A stretch of DNA of 64,000 bases from Octopus vulgaris (lineage: Eukaryota), in the NCBI GenBank assembly GCA_951406725.2, contig OX597838.1, positions 43,524,001-43,588,000 on the forward strand, written 5' to 3'. Below, one piece after another: positions 50,432 through 63,945 of the stretch; position 1 is the first letter of the stretch; every line of letters starts with the position of its first letter. Made by a program: the position numbers and the translations under genes. The notes under the pieces were generated by a model. The model was not told the origin of the DNA. It did not search any database and saw only the letters and a list, made by a program, of their open reading frames with translations.

Positions 50432-53400
50432 AACAGATTTCTTTAAGTGTCTGTCCACCTGATCCACTCACAAAGCTTTGATTGGCTTGGGGCTATAGTT
50501 GAAGATACTTGCTCGAGGTGTCATACAGTGAGACTGAGCATAACGCCATGTGGTTAGGAGGCAAGTCTCCTACTACTCAACCATGCTTTTGTGTGTGTGT
50601 GTGTAGCCCCTATCAGGGGCCCAGTTAAGGGGTTCTCAGCATGTTACAGAATTGCCTCCAGTAGAAGGTCACTGACAGACACTCTTGCAGACCCAGGATG
50701 GCTCTTTAGCTTCTTGTCTATTCGGAGGCAACTCCATACAAATCCCTGCATCATGATAACTGTAGGGCTTGTGGTAATTGTTACTCCAGACTAATACAAG
50801 TTTGAAGGACAAGACATGGGTCTTCACAAATGATGCCCTCTATAATAATATCCATTGTGTTGGGTGTTCAGTAAACCAGGACGCCAGCACCCTGGTGACA
50901 GGGACAGAGGTGATGGGGAAACAGGTCAAAGATACTACTGTAAGATTTTGTCTTTGATGCTGCACACATGTGGCCATAGGGTGATGGATGTTTGCAGTTG
51001 TTTTGCTGAATCCTCATTTGTCAAAGTGATGAGAGAGTCTGGTGGTATGAGAAACCTGGCCCCTTGCTGTACTCAAGAAGACCTGCACTCAGCAGTAGAA
51101 GTGTTAAGATTGGTCCTTCTGGTGGGGTAACACGTAAAAGTACCAGTGTGGTAAAAGCCATGTAAAAGCAACCAGCACACTCTGTAAGTGGTTGGTGTTA
51201 GGGTTGGGGTATTCAGCCATGGAAACCATGCCAAATCAGATTGGAGTCTGGTGCAGCCCCCCCCCCCCCAGCTTGCCAGCTCTGGCCAAACCATCCAACC
51301 CATGCCAGCATGGACAACGGATGTGAAATGATGAAGATGATGCTAAATAATGTGTGTGTGTGTGTGTGTATTTCATGCACAATGCAGCATCACTCAGAAA
51401 CACTGAAATAAATTTCAATTTTAGTTTTAGGAAGCCTTAACTCAAATAATAAGAGTGTGAATCCATTCCTTCTGTACTTGTGGAGGGCTGTAGTAGAAGA
51501 GACTTGTCCAAGGTGCCATGCAGTGGGACTGAACCCAGAACCCAGTGCTTGGTATGCAAGATTCTTAAGCACACAGCCACACCTACACCTAATATTTAAG
51601 TTCCTTTAAACACACACACACACACATATCTAGTGCTGGTGTCATGATAAAACGATCCCTATAAACTCTGTATGGCGGATAGTGTTTGAGAGGGCATCAT
51701 TCTACATAATGCTGATTGTGAGAGAAAGGTGGTGGTGGTGGTTGGCGGAGGGTGGGTTAAAGAGAAAGACCTCTTCCAGGACTTGACTTATTTGACATTA
51801 GTCAGTTAATATATTTCTTTATTGCCCACAAGGGGCTAAACACAGAGAGGACAAACAAGGACAGACAAATGGATTAAGTCGATTACATCGACCCCAGTGC
51901 GAAACTGGTACTTAATTTATCGACCCCGAAAGGTTGAAAGGCAAAGTCGACCTCGGCGGAATTTGAACTCCAAGGAAGGAGACCATGGGTTGCCTGGTTT
52001 CTTACTTCAGTATGACTAGCCTTCACTTGCTAACAATCATGGCTTCATTGCTTGTACCATGCTTTTGCTAATTATTTTAGGTGCCTGTGTAGTCCCAAGT
52101 AGAAACAGACCTCCTTGCCTTTGACCCATCTGGACATTGTTGAACATATTAATTTTCAACATGTTCCAGTCGATCTCTTCATCTCATCTTCTTCACCCAT
52201 TTAATTTGGTATCAATCTCTCCTGGATTGAATCTGGGCGAAAGAGCGAGGGCTGTGCAAGCACTGGACTCCCTTCATCTGTGTAACCTGTCATTGTTGGC
52301 ATCAGCTTATATCCCCGTAGTTATTCTCTATAGAGTGACTGAGCCTCTTCATCATGATGGGCACAAAAAGGTGCTGGTGTCTGAGGTCACTGTTCAGGCC
52401 AGGGGTGGTATAGAAGAATTGGGGTGCATTTATTGCAGGAGAGCGTTGGCAGGGGATAAGGAAGGGCAAGTCACTCTTTGCGTCTTCGATGTCTGATCTC
52501 TGCCTCTTGATGTCTAGTGTTTTCCTTCTGGTCCATTCCCTTGATGACAACACATCATTGTAACTTGTAGCAACATGAAATGAAGTGCCTTGTGCAAGAG
52601 CAGAGTGTGCAGGCACTCAGTCTAGGAATCGAACCTCTAATTGTATAATCATGAGCTGAGCACTCTAACCACTAGACCATGCTCGTATGGGAAATGTTAA
52701 ACCTCTTGTAGATTAGCTTTCTGTCCAGGGAGGGATTTATCTTTCGTCTGCTTGGCATCATGTCATTGTTATGTTATTCGCTGCTGATCTTTCATGGAAA
52801 CATCAAACATGTCAGGGCCAGGGGAAATATTACCTGACTTGGAGACAAGTGAAGGTTGGCAGCAGGAAGAACATCCAGCTGTAGAAACTCTGCCTTGATA
52901 AATTCTGTCTGACCCAGGCAAAGATGGCAATGTGGACATAGAAAAAACAGGCTCTAGTTAAGCTTAAGAGTGAAATGTATGTAATGAGAAACCAAGTTAT
53001 ATCACCTGAAGAGGTGCTTCTGCAGGGAACATTGGAATTCCCTGTAGAGTTTCCTACCCATCAGGGAATAGTGTGGGCTGTGTTGAAATGACTGTTGTGA
53101 TAAATAAAGTTTCCAGTATCTTCTATTTTCTGTATCGACTAAAGGTGGTGCTCCAGCATGGCTACAGTCAAATGACTGAAACAAGTAAAAGAGTTGACTT
53201 TGCCTTTCATCTGTTGGGGGTCAATAAAATAAATATCTGGTGAGGAGTGGAGGTCATGTAGCCAACTAGTTTCTGTCTCTAAAATTTCTACCCTTGTAGC
53301 AAAATTTGAAACGCTCACTTTCAACGGTGGCCATCTGGCAGAATCATTAGTAGATTGGACAAAGATGCCTAGTGGAGTTTCTTCTCTCACCTAGGTCAAC

Positions 53401-53544
53401 TTTTCATTTTGTCTTTTGACAATCAATGAAATAAATACTAGTTGAGCACTTATTTCAATGTAATTGGCAAGTTCCCTCCACTACCAAAAATTTCAGGCCT
53501 TGTGTTAATAGTACAAATAATTATTTATATTATTTATTTTTCAG

Positions 53545-53658
53545 ATATGGCAAGTGCTGTGGAGGAGAGTCAAGAAAACCCTTTCAGTCAAGATTTAGAT
53601 GAATCCTTATACATTGATGACCCTAAAAAATGTTTAAAGAACTACTTTGATCGAGAAG
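53545..53658 (+). CDS. SLC4A1AP: Kanadaptin exon 3
   Basis: (D)MASAVEESQENPFSQDLDESLYIDDPKKCLKNYFDRE(G); DPKK.L..F.REG motif; phase matches exon 2. Confidence 0.92.
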
Positions 53659-54002
53659 GTATGTTGCTTACTTTGTTCATTTAAATGATTTTGTTTTATG
53701 TATAAAAGTTAAAAAAATAAATGTGCCCTTTTTTTTTTTGTAAAGCCTAGCCAGTTGGATGGGACACCAGTCCATTGCAGCATTACTCCTTTTTGCCAGC
53801 TGATTGGACTGGAGCAATGTGAAATGAAGTGTTTTGCTCAAGAACACGATGCGTCACCCGGTCCAGGAATCGAAACCACAATCTTACGATCATGATGCTG
53901 GCACCCTAACCACTAAGCCATGCGCCTCCACTTGTTTATATGTATATATATATATACATATATATCTGTAAAAATAATATGTGACAATTACTCGGTTGCC
54001 AA

Positions 54003-54571
54003 GATAAAACTCTGAGTATTGGATGCCGAGGTGGAAATCCACACCACCATCTCTTCAATTATCTGGCCAGCTGAAAAACGCTATGAAAAAGACCGTTATA
54101 CAAGGGGAAATTACTGTGTTATAGACCGCTAACTATACAAAAGCGCTAATTCAAAAGACCGCTAATTAAGATAAGGTTAAAAGTTCATAGTAAATGCGTA
54201 AGCGTGTCTGTTCATACGTACACGTGCGCTTGCACACCCATGTGCGTATGCATACATCACTATGAAAACGTACACATCTTCACTCGCATCTTTCACCAAA
54301 TATATATGCATATATACAGAAACCCCCCCCACACACACACACACACACAAACACTCGCACCGTTATCTTACCGTTTTTACCAAAATATATATATATATAT
54401 ATATATTAATAGTAATGGCAAGACAACAAAAGAATGAAAGAGACTTCGGTATTCTGTAAATACAGGAATTTATCTGTAAATATAATATGTGACAATTATT
54501 GGGCTGCCATAATAAGACTCCGAGTTTTGGATGTTGCGGCGGAAACCTGCTCCGACATCTCATCAGTTATC
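54003..54571 (-). ncRNA. Two decayed HHR motifs (54003-54063 and 54511-54571) in related Penelope-type remnants
   Basis: 54511-54571 reverse: GATAA-CTGATGA-GATGT..ACATC-C-AAAA-CTCGGAG-TC-TTATT (GAAA changed to AAAA); the other copy is more decayed. Confidence 0.6.
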
Positions 54572-54602
54572 AAGGCAATCATACCACACAGCCACTCCTG
54601 TG

Positions 54603-54659
<57 letters not shown>

Positions 54660-54832
54660 TATAAAAATTATAATTAAGAGTATCTAAAAGATACCACCAT
54701 ACTAGAGATGGCAGCCAAAACTTGACTCTAAAACCACATTAAATGTTCATAGAGCACCAGAAGAGAAGACAAAGAGACAAAATAAACTAGCAAAAAATTA
54801 TTGGATAACTCCAGATCCCGGAGTTATCCAGT

Positions 54833-55385
54833 GTGAGATTAACAGCGGACGTTGAAGCAATCCAGAGAAGATTCACAAAGAAGATCGTTTCTTTGCAACA
54901 GCTCAGCTACTGGGAAAGGTTGAAACAGCTAAGACTCTACTCTCTGGAGAGAAGACGGGAGAGGTATGCAGTAATATATATCTGGAAGATCCTGGAAGGA
55001 ATTGTGCCAAATTTTGGCATTGTAAGCTACACCAATGCTAGAATGGGACGACACTGCATAGTGCCAAAGATCCCTGCAATGCCATCACGCTTCAGGACCA
55101 GCTTCTGCAACAGCCTGGGTTTCAAGGGCCCACAGCTTTTTAATATTCTCCCAAAGAGTCTGAGGAACTTGCACAAAGTAGATGTAGGGCTTTTTAAATT
55201 AAAGCTGGACCTCTTCCTGTCGAGAGTCCCAGATGAACCTACCTCATGACAAGAGGTGCAAATGAGGGTAGCTATATCAAACTCCATTCTTCATCAAGTG
55301 CCACATATTAGAGGAGGCTCCTAGTAATAACAGTGTAGCGCAAAACGGCGGTGCATCAGCATGGCCACAGCTCTGAGCTGAAACT
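54833..55385 (+). mobile_element. CR1-clade LINE 3' fragment
   Basis: EAIQRRFTK.I..L..LSYWERLK.L.LYSLERRR..IYIWKIL..G..LFN.LP..FK.KLD.FL, a typical CR1/L2 ORF2 C-terminus. Confidence 0.85.
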
Positions 55386-56078
55386 TAAAAAGGTTTTAGG
55401 GTTAGGGTTGTCATAAATAACAGTGACAAACAAAATATACTCCACCAGAAGTTCTTGTTGACAAATAACAGCAGTAATTTTATTCAACTGAATACACATC
55501 ATTGATTTGTTTAAATTACCAAAATACAAGAACTTTAGCATGAAATAACTTCGTAAATAATTAGTTTTTCTCAAAAATGCTAAAAGATGTTTTATATGAT
55601 ACATTCTACCAGTGTCCAAAGTTTGAAAGTGCTTAGTTACAAAAAATTATTTTCTAAATCTGTAGGTTAAAAGGTAAAAATCTGAAAACGCTTGCCCAAG
55701 GTGCTGTACCAGTGGCCCTGAAGCCCCTAAACCATGTGGTTGCTGTGTGAGCTTCTTTAACCATGCAGTCATATCTGTAGCCTTTTCTTTAAAGCATGCA
55801 GGGCATTATTTGAAAGGGATTTTACTACTGATTTTAGCATGTCAAGTAATTTGTAAGCTCCACTCACTGTCTTATCCTTTCTTTGTTCATATTTCTCTTT
55901 AATGTTGTCACAGAAAGAATCTTCCTCATCAATGTTATAAAAATAACATTTTTTATGGACGCTTTTTTGAGCAAACCTGAAATCAACAAAGAGAGACAGA
56001 ATAAAATTCTAGCAGTTTTTTTGTTTAGTATATTGTTTTTTAAAATTTTTTTGTGAATTTTTCTCTATTTCTTTCCAG

Positions 56079-56142
56079 GATATGATGCTCCAGAATATGA
56101 GACATCTGCCGAAGGAAGTGGAAAGTTCAAATGTTGCTTAGA
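56079..56142 (+). CDS. SLC4A1AP: Kanadaptin exon 4
   Basis: (G)YDAPEYETSAEGSGKFKCCL(E); polypyrimidine-CAG acceptor and GTTAGT donor; phases 1 to 2 consistent. Confidence 0.88.
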
Positions 56143-58505
56143 GTTAGTATTATATTTGTATTTGAAATTGCCATTTACCTGCATTCATTCATTCATCATC
56201 ATCATCATCGTCGTTTAATGTCTGCTTTCCATGCTGGCATGGGTTGGACGGTTTGACTGAGGGCTGGTGAGCCATAAGGCTGCACCAGGCTCCAGTCTGA
56301 TCTGGCAAAGTTTCTACAGCTGGATGCCCTTCCTAACGCCAACCACCCCATGAGTGTACTGGGTGCTTTAATGTGCCAATGGCACAAAGGCCAGTCAGGC
56401 AGTACTAACATCGACCAGGCTCAAATGGTGCTTTTTACATGCCCCCTGCACAGGAGCCAATCAGGCAATGCTGGCAGTGACCACACTCAAACGGTGCTTT
56501 TAATGTTCCACTGGCACGTGTGCCAGTCAGGTGGTACTGTCATTGGCCATGACAACGATTTCACTTGCCTTAACAGATCTTCGCTAGTGGAGATCATTGC
56601 CCAATGTTTGAAGGGTACTCCTAAATGGGCTGGTTATGCAGCACTTGCATAGGCCACGGTTACGGTCTCACTTGGCTTGCTGGGTCTTCTCAAGCATAGC
56701 ATATCTCCATGGGTCTCAGTCACTTGTCAGGTCTCGATCTGTCCCTAGTCTTGTAGGGTCAGTTACTCAGTTTCTATGGCATATAAGTGATGAAGCTCTT
56801 AACGTTGCCCCTGAATGGGACATCAGTCTGTTGCAGGGTCACACATTTACAACAGAATAGGTTTGGAGCAGCGTGAGATGAAATGTTTTGCTGAAGAGCA
56901 CAAGGCACTACCTGATCCAGGAATTGAAACCACAATCTTGCAATTGTGAGTGCAACACTTTAACCACTGGGCCATGTGCCTTCACTACCTGCATTCATTA
57001 CTTGTAAGCATATTGTGTTAAGTGGTTGGCATCAGGAAGGGCATCCAGCCATGGAAATCATGCCTCAACAAACAGCTGCAGTCTGGACAGCTTCCTGCCA
57101 GCCAGGTTCATGTCCAACTTACCACTGTCCATGCTGGCATGACCATCACTGAGTATGTGAGCTGCTACAGGATGTCTGCCATTGAGGAGCCCAAAGCGGG
57201 GCAAAGGTCATGTGGTCTGGCAGTTCTGGTGGGGCTGTAGGGGACGATTCTTGTCTGTCAGCGATATGAATACAAGTGCCTTTAGGCACCACACGTCCAT
57301 TGGAGAAGTTCTCTCAAGGTAAATAACGCAGTATTCAGTGTTCTAACAAAAATATCCACATTAAGTTGGACATAGAGATTGCCCTTTGGTACTGATACTG
57401 CTTCCATTACTCTTTTACTTGTTTCAGTCATTTGACTGTAACCATTCTGGAGCATTGCCTTTAGTCAAACAAATCGACCACCAGAACTTATTCTTTGTAA
57501 GCCTAGTACTTATTCTCTCAGTCTCTTTTGCCAAACCGCTAAGTTACAGGGACGTAAACACCAGCATCGGTTGTCGAGCGATGTTGGGGGGACAAACACA
57601 GACACACAAACGTGTACACACACACACACACACTCTAACACACACACACACTCACACACACACACACACACACATAAATATATATATATATATATATTTG
57701 GCTTCCTTCACTTTCTGTCAACCAAATCCACTCACATGGCTTTGGTCGGCCCGAGGCTATAGTAGAAGACAGTTGCCCAAGGTGCCGTGCAGTGGGACTG
57801 AACCCAGAACCATGTTGGTTGGTAAGCAAGCTACTTACCACACAGCCACTCCTGCGCCTACTATTATTTACTTTTTAGCAAGCATGCTGGCTATTAGTGA
57901 CATCAGTGCCCGAAAAGACACTGAAATCTTATATATTGAGACAGTGAGATTCAGCTGTTCTGTCACTACTGGGCGTCTGCCACTGAGAAGCCCAAAGTTG
58001 GCATTATATGATCTGGCAGTTCTGGCAGCTGTAGCTGTAGTTTCTTGTCTGCCAATGATATAGATATGAGTGCTTGTATGCACCACACGTCCATATCAGA
58101 GTTCCTCCCAAAGTAAACAACAAGATATTCAGTGTTCTCACAAAAACGTCTGCATTCAATAACTGCTCCATCTTCAGTGTGTCTATTTCATTTCTTTTCC
58201 ACTTTCATCATGGCTGTTCCAACCCTTGTGTTTCACTCCAGTGTAACTTCTGCCCTCTTGTGTAACTATACTCCCCCCATGGCTCACCATCGCGATTACA
58301 TTACTTCCTGTAACCATTCCACCCTCAGAGTAAGCATTCCAGCCCTGGTGTGATCATTTCACTCCTACTTTGATGATTCTGCCCCACTTTCAGTTTAGTT
58401 ATTCAAACATTCATCATGATTCCATCCCGTCTGAACCTCATCTGTTACATCCAGCATGAAGAATCTGCATTGATTGAATTTAATGTTGTCTCCTCTTTGC
58501 ATCAG

Positions 58506-58648
58506 GCTTCCCATAGACGATGCCAGTGGACGTCCAATCATAGCTGAAGCTACTGTGTCGGGTAAGAAGAAAGAATCTGTCGAAGCCTGTGCCCTTGAGG
58601 CCTGTCGCATCCTTGACCGACATGGAGTGCTGAGGGCTGCCACTCATG
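58506..58648 (+). CDS. SLC4A1AP: Kanadaptin exon 5 (dsRBD-like; gene continues beyond the window)
   Basis: [49 protein letters not shown] donor. Confidence 0.92.
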
Positions 58649-58874
58649 GTAAATATATGGGTTTTTGTTTCTTTCTTCATCATCACCACCATCATCTTTG
58701 TTTTACTGTCCACTTGTCTATGCTCAAATGGGTCAGACGGAATTTGTTGAGGTGGATTTTCTGCAGAAGGATGCACTTCCTGTCACCAACTCTCACCTGT
58801 TTCCCAGCAAGGTAATATTTTTCCCCATATCCTTAAAGCCAGAACTTTTAAGCATCTCTCATATATATATATAT

Positions 58875-61571
58875 AGTAGTAACAGAAAAGAGGAATTTCG
58901 ATTATCCCCACGTGGTGTGTTGTAATGTATATAAGAAATTAAAAATGGAAAATACGCACACTTACATAGTTTTAATATGATTTTTAATATATCGACCGGT
59001 TTTGCTATCGCTATTCATAATATTATGTTTTACTTATTTGAATATATATTTTTTCTTAAGAAGAAATTTGGTCCATGTTGTGTGTGATGAGATCCACGAG
59101 TGAATGACTTCATAAGTAGATAAATAAAGGGAGGTAATTGGTTGTCATTATTGTTATTGTTGTGGGTAAGGGAGATAACTGTTCAGCTTTCAGTAATAGG
59201 GAAATATATATGTGTACAGACAGAGACAAGTTTCAAAAACCTTGTTTAGTTGGGGATTTATGTACAGTGATGTAATCGTGAATTGAAATATGTAAAAAAG
59301 ATAAAAGTTGGTTGTGCATGCATATTAAGACGTGTTTTGTATTTTTCAATGAAAAAAGTTTCTTTATTTAAACGTTCTAGTTGAGAGATTGCGTCTTTGC
59401 ACTGGTAGAAAGGGAAGACTGTGAAATTTGGTTTGATGCTATCTGCACATTTTTCTATATGTTCACTGAGAGGAATTTGTTTGTATTGCGGGAAACGGAT
59501 TTGCTCTTTATGTAGAGTGGTTCTCTTTCTCAAGGTCATACTTGTTTGTCCAATACAGCGGTGTCCGCAACCTAAGCAGGTTATTACATAAATCAAGTTC
59601 TCAGAGGCACAAGTGAAACTAGTTTTAATTGTAAACCTCTGTCCTTGTTTGAAAAGGAAGTCCGAGCCTTCAAGCAGGTTGGGGTAGGTTCCACAGTTCG
59701 GGTGTCCACATTTTTCAACCGTTGGTTTCGTGGTTGTTTTGTAAAGCTTCGCATTTGTTAGTAGTCTCTTTAGCGATTTGTCTTGTTTTTTGCATTTGAT
59801 GAGTTTGTGTGTTTTCAGGATGTCGTTCAATTTTGGATCTCTAGTTAGCAAAGGGAGAGTTTGCACAATAGTGTTGTATGCCTCACTGTTTCTGGGGTTG
59901 TGTGTTGATATAAATAGTAATGTTTTGAGTTGAGGTGCGTTGTTATGTTTTGTTGTTCTTAGTGTTTTTGTGTCTAATTGTTTGGTACGTTTAATTCCCT
60001 CGTCGATAAGTGAGGGTGGATATTGTCTTTCAATAAGTGTTGTTTTGAGGTCTTGAAGACGAAGGTCCCGAGTTGTTCTATCAGACACTATTGTGCAGAT
60101 CCTTTTTGTTAAGTTAAAAGGGATGTTTATTTTTATGTGTTTCGGGTGGCATGAGTTAAAGAGAAGATATTGTTTTGAATCAGTTGGTTTATAATAAATG
60201 TCAGTTATGATTTCATTGTTGACTTTTTTTATCATGATGTCTAAAAATGGGAGTTTTTCTTTGTTATATTCCATTGTGAATTGAATGTTACTATTTATGT
60301 CATTTAGTGTTGTTTTGTAATCCAAAAGTTTGTTGATGTTCTTCTTCCAGCTGATAAAGCAGTCATCCAGGTATCGCTTCCAATTTTCTCTTATCTAGAG
60401 GTAAAATGGCTAACCATATTTCTGGAGTGATACTTCATATAAGGTGAATTCAAAATAACCCAGTATTAGGTTCGCAAGAACAGGAGCTGCTTTCGTCCCC
60501 ATCGCAATTCCGCAATTTCTGACGATAGTATGTGTCATCAAATAGGAAATAATTGTTCTGAAGTATAAATTTTAAGGATTCAATAATAAAGATCCGGTTT
60601 ATGCGTTCCGGGAGAGCTTTGGGGTAATTTTCCAACCAGAATTTAATTGCTTTTATTCCATAGTCATGGCGGATGTTGGTGTAAAAATTGATAACGTCGA
60701 GGGTGACCAATATTGCCTCTTCATTAATCGTTTTTGGTAGGTGTTCTAGCATGTCTAAATCATCCCTAATGAAGCTTTTGATGTATTTCAGTAGGATGTC
60801 TAGAAAATTGCTCAGTCGGTGGGTTTCACAGGCCGGCCCAGCTACAATGGATCTTAAAGTCAAGTCTTCTGGCGTTTGGATGTTTATATATTTGCCTGGA
60901 GATTGTTTGCAGGCTTCATTGATTATCTTGTTCTTGTGTATTTTAGGGAGGCCGTAAAAAAGACTGGGTTTACATTTGAAGTTTGTGATACAGTCTGTTT
61001 CTTTTTCTGTCAGGCCTTTTCCATGCAGAAGAATTAAGGATGCAAGATTTTTCATGGTTTTTTGTTGTCTATAGTTTATCACTTTTTCGTAGAAGGCCTT
61101 GTTTTCTAGTAGGGATAGTACTAGTTTTTTATAGTGTTCTGTGTCCATCAGGACTACAGCACTTCCTTTGTCAGCTTCTTTAATTGTCAGGTCTGTGTCG
61201 TTTTTTAGTTCAATCAGATTTTTCCATTCTAGATTGTTGAGGTTCGGATTAATTTTTCGTTTATTGGATGTGTAGGGAAAATTTTGGATATGGTTGCAGT
61301 AGTCATCCAGTGTTTTATTCCTACCCTTATGTGGAAGGTAATTACTTCTGTTTTTGACCAGTGATTCATCTTCGTTGTCGTAGTCAGTGCTTCTGCGAGT
61401 CGTAGTTTTCTGCAGAATTCCGAAATATTGTCTTTAATTTCATTATGGTTAGCTCTTTGTGGGGTTGGGGTGAACTTTAAACCTTTGGCTCGTATATTGA
61501 TTTTTGTTATGGATAGAGTTTTCTTTGATAAGTTAATCACTTTGGGTTTCTCCTGTATGTTTTGTTCCAAC

Positions 61572-61573
<2 letters not shown>
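58875..61573 (-). mobile_element. Decayed Penelope-like element (RT + GIY-YIG endonuclease + pseudo-LTR)
   Basis: KGLKFTPTP, IKEADKGSAVV, FYGLPKIHK, LDVINFYTNI, WKRYLDD, LPFLDIMI, YYKPTD..YL..SCHP, NLIYVITC..C..CIGQT..LR.R..H; several frameshifts. Confidence 0.92.
58989..59023 (-). ncRNA. HHR-like motif with A3-U8 core in the Penelope pseudo-LTR
   Basis: ATATT-ATGAATA-GC-GATA-GC-AAAA-CCGG-TC-GATAT; palindromic stem III ACCGGT; GUC triplet; G12 appears mutated to A. Confidence 0.5.
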
Positions 61574-61603
<30 letters not shown>

Positions 61604-61604
61604 G

Positions 61605-62155
61605 TCAGGTGACTTTCGAGTGCTACTCGTAACATGTAACCCAGTACAACCTGTTGCATGGTCGGGTCATCGGCGATTAAACCGGCAACCCCACCAAGCT
61701 TGCTTGGTGAGGAGGGTGTTTATTGGACACCCTGCAGGATGAAAAACAAAACCCGTCAAAGGGCGGAGGAACTCTTGAGAGTCAACGGCCATCCAATAAA
61801 TGCCTTAAGGCTTTATCATGTTCGGGGACATAGAAATAATCGGACTGAATACCCGATCGTGCGGTTAAACCATTGGGAGTGAAGGACTCCTAGCCTTTGT
61901 TAGGGCACCCTTCTAAGAGAAGGTAACTCAGGTAACTGGGATAACTCCGACATAAAACCTGCGGCTCAGTGGTTGCCGATGATGTTGACTTGTTCTTCTT
62001 TTCGGATTATGACTGCTGTTGCTCAGTGAGTGGGATTGACTCAGTGCACAGCCTTTCCTCACTTAAAAAAAATCTTCTTGCACAGGCGTTGCACGATAAC
62101 AACATTGATTAAGTTTCGTGCAATGGCCATACTCGATAACGAGGGGGCAGCCACC
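61605..62155 (+). mobile_element. Short structured element in (TA)n, possibly an internally deleted RTE derivative
   Basis: Hairpins CACCAAGC-TT-GCTTGGTG and AGGGTGTT..GACACCCT; a motif ctagcctttgttagggcacccttctaagagaaggtaactc that I recall resembling RTE 5' UTRs; no ORF. Confidence 0.35.
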
Positions 62156-62476
62156 ATATATATGTATATATATGTTTATATACTTATTTTTATTTTCCTA
62201 AAATGACTCTCCTCAGACACAACAGAATATGCTTCAACACACAAACTCATAAAGAATCTTGCAAACCAAATCCCAAAATGAAATATATATATCATCATCA
62301 TCATCATCGTTTAGCGTCCGCTTTCCATGCTAGCATGGGTTGGACGGGTCAACTGGGGTCTGTGAAGCTGGAAGGCTTCATCAGGCCCAGTCAGATCTGG
62401 CAGTGTTTCTACGGCTGGATGCCCTTTCTAACGCCAAAATATATATTGTATACAATATATATTGTATATATACACA

Positions 62477-62679
62477 TGAGGAGGTGCTGAAAAGTTCCTG
62501 GTTTTGGGTAAAAGAAAATATAGGAGGGTCAGTTAATTATGATTTTATTCAACATGTTCCACCCTCAGATTCACATACTTCAGTTTTTTCTGAACCCTGT
62601 AAAATAACTCAGAACGTTGGGCTTCCAACTACGCTTTTCGCGATCCCCGTAATGCCAGGGACTTTTCAGTACCCCCTGG
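62477..62679. mobile_element. Tc1/mariner-type MITE
   Basis: TIR-like TGAGGAGGTGCTGAAAAGTTCCTGG / CCAGGGACTTTTCAGTACCCCCTGG; a related end lies at about 24080-24105. Confidence 0.6.
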
Positions 62680-63559
62680 TATATATGCACACACACACAG
62701 ATACACACACATCGAGGTACATATGCATTTACAGACATGTTTATATCAGCATGAAGTGAAGGTGGCCAGCTAGTGGAATTGTTGGTACAGTGGACAAAAC
62801 GCTTAGTATCACTTCATCTAACTTTATATTCTGAGTTCAAATTCCACCAAAGTCGACTTTACCTTTCATTCTTTTGGAGTCAATAAAATAAATACCAGTT
62901 GTTCCCTGGGGTCGGCGAGATTGACTTACTCTCTCCTCCAAAATTGCTGGCCTTGTGCCAAAATGTAAAACCTGTATCAGCATATGGTTGTGTAATCAGT
63001 CCATTCAAATAAGCAATCCTCGCCTGAGTTACCTCCCCTGACAATAATGTTCACTTTGCGTTTTGGTGTCTGAACAAGAACAATAAAAATGACACCAAAG
63101 TGCTAAAAGTCCATTGGGGGCAGTGCTCCAGCAGGGCTGCAGACTAATGGCTAAAAGTTATTAAAACAAGGGGATGGGGTTTTGATTAAGGTTAAGGGAT
63201 CCATATTTATTGTACTTTGCTCCAGGTCACTGTGTAGTCAGGAAGATGTACCTCAAATTGTTGTGGTACGTAAGTTAGACTGGAAGCTTATCTTCAGGTA
63301 CCGACTGGAATCTACCATTTTTTATAACACCAGAGAAACTGGTGCTCAGAGCTGGTCGACCTCTGACGGACACATTTAGGTTGTATTCTTCAACAATAGG
63401 TATAAGGTTTCATGGTTAGGATGGGTAGATCTCAGTATTTGACTTATCTTGTTTTTTTATAAACTTAGAAAAAAGATGAAAGGCATCATTGGCCATGGTA
63501 GGATTTGAACTCAGAACATAAAAGGCTGGGCATATTACAGGCGCATAATTAAAAAGAGA

Positions 63560-63945
63560 CTTTGATGTTTACTACCTGGGGTAGAGTCAAAGTGATGTTT
63601 ACTACATGGAATAGTATCAGTGTAGTGTTTACTGTTTAGAATCGATATTTACTATCTGGAGTAGAGTCAAAGTAATGTTTAGTATATGGAACAGAATCAG
63701 TATAATGTTTACTATTGAGAAACGATGTTTACTATCTGGGGTAAAGTCAAAATGATGTTTACTGTTTGTGGTATTGTCAGTGTGATGTTTACTATCTGGA
63801 GTAAAATGAATGTGATGTTTACTGTCCGGGGTTGAGTCAGTATGATATAGGTCTTTGATGTTTACTATTCATGATACGCCTATGATGTTTACTGTGTGCG
63901 ATATGTTTACTATCTGTGGTAAATGTCTGTTCTGTTTACTATGTA
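63560..63945 (+). repeat. Degenerate ~25-30-bp minisatellite with GATGTTTACT core
   Basis: TGTTTACT recurs more than ten times at a roughly regular spacing. Confidence 0.75.

Noticed and set aside
50600-52520. Higher-complexity segments at 50.6-51.1 and 52.0-52.5 kb
   Set aside because: Probably decayed retroelement coding fragments, but I could not identify diagnostic motifs.
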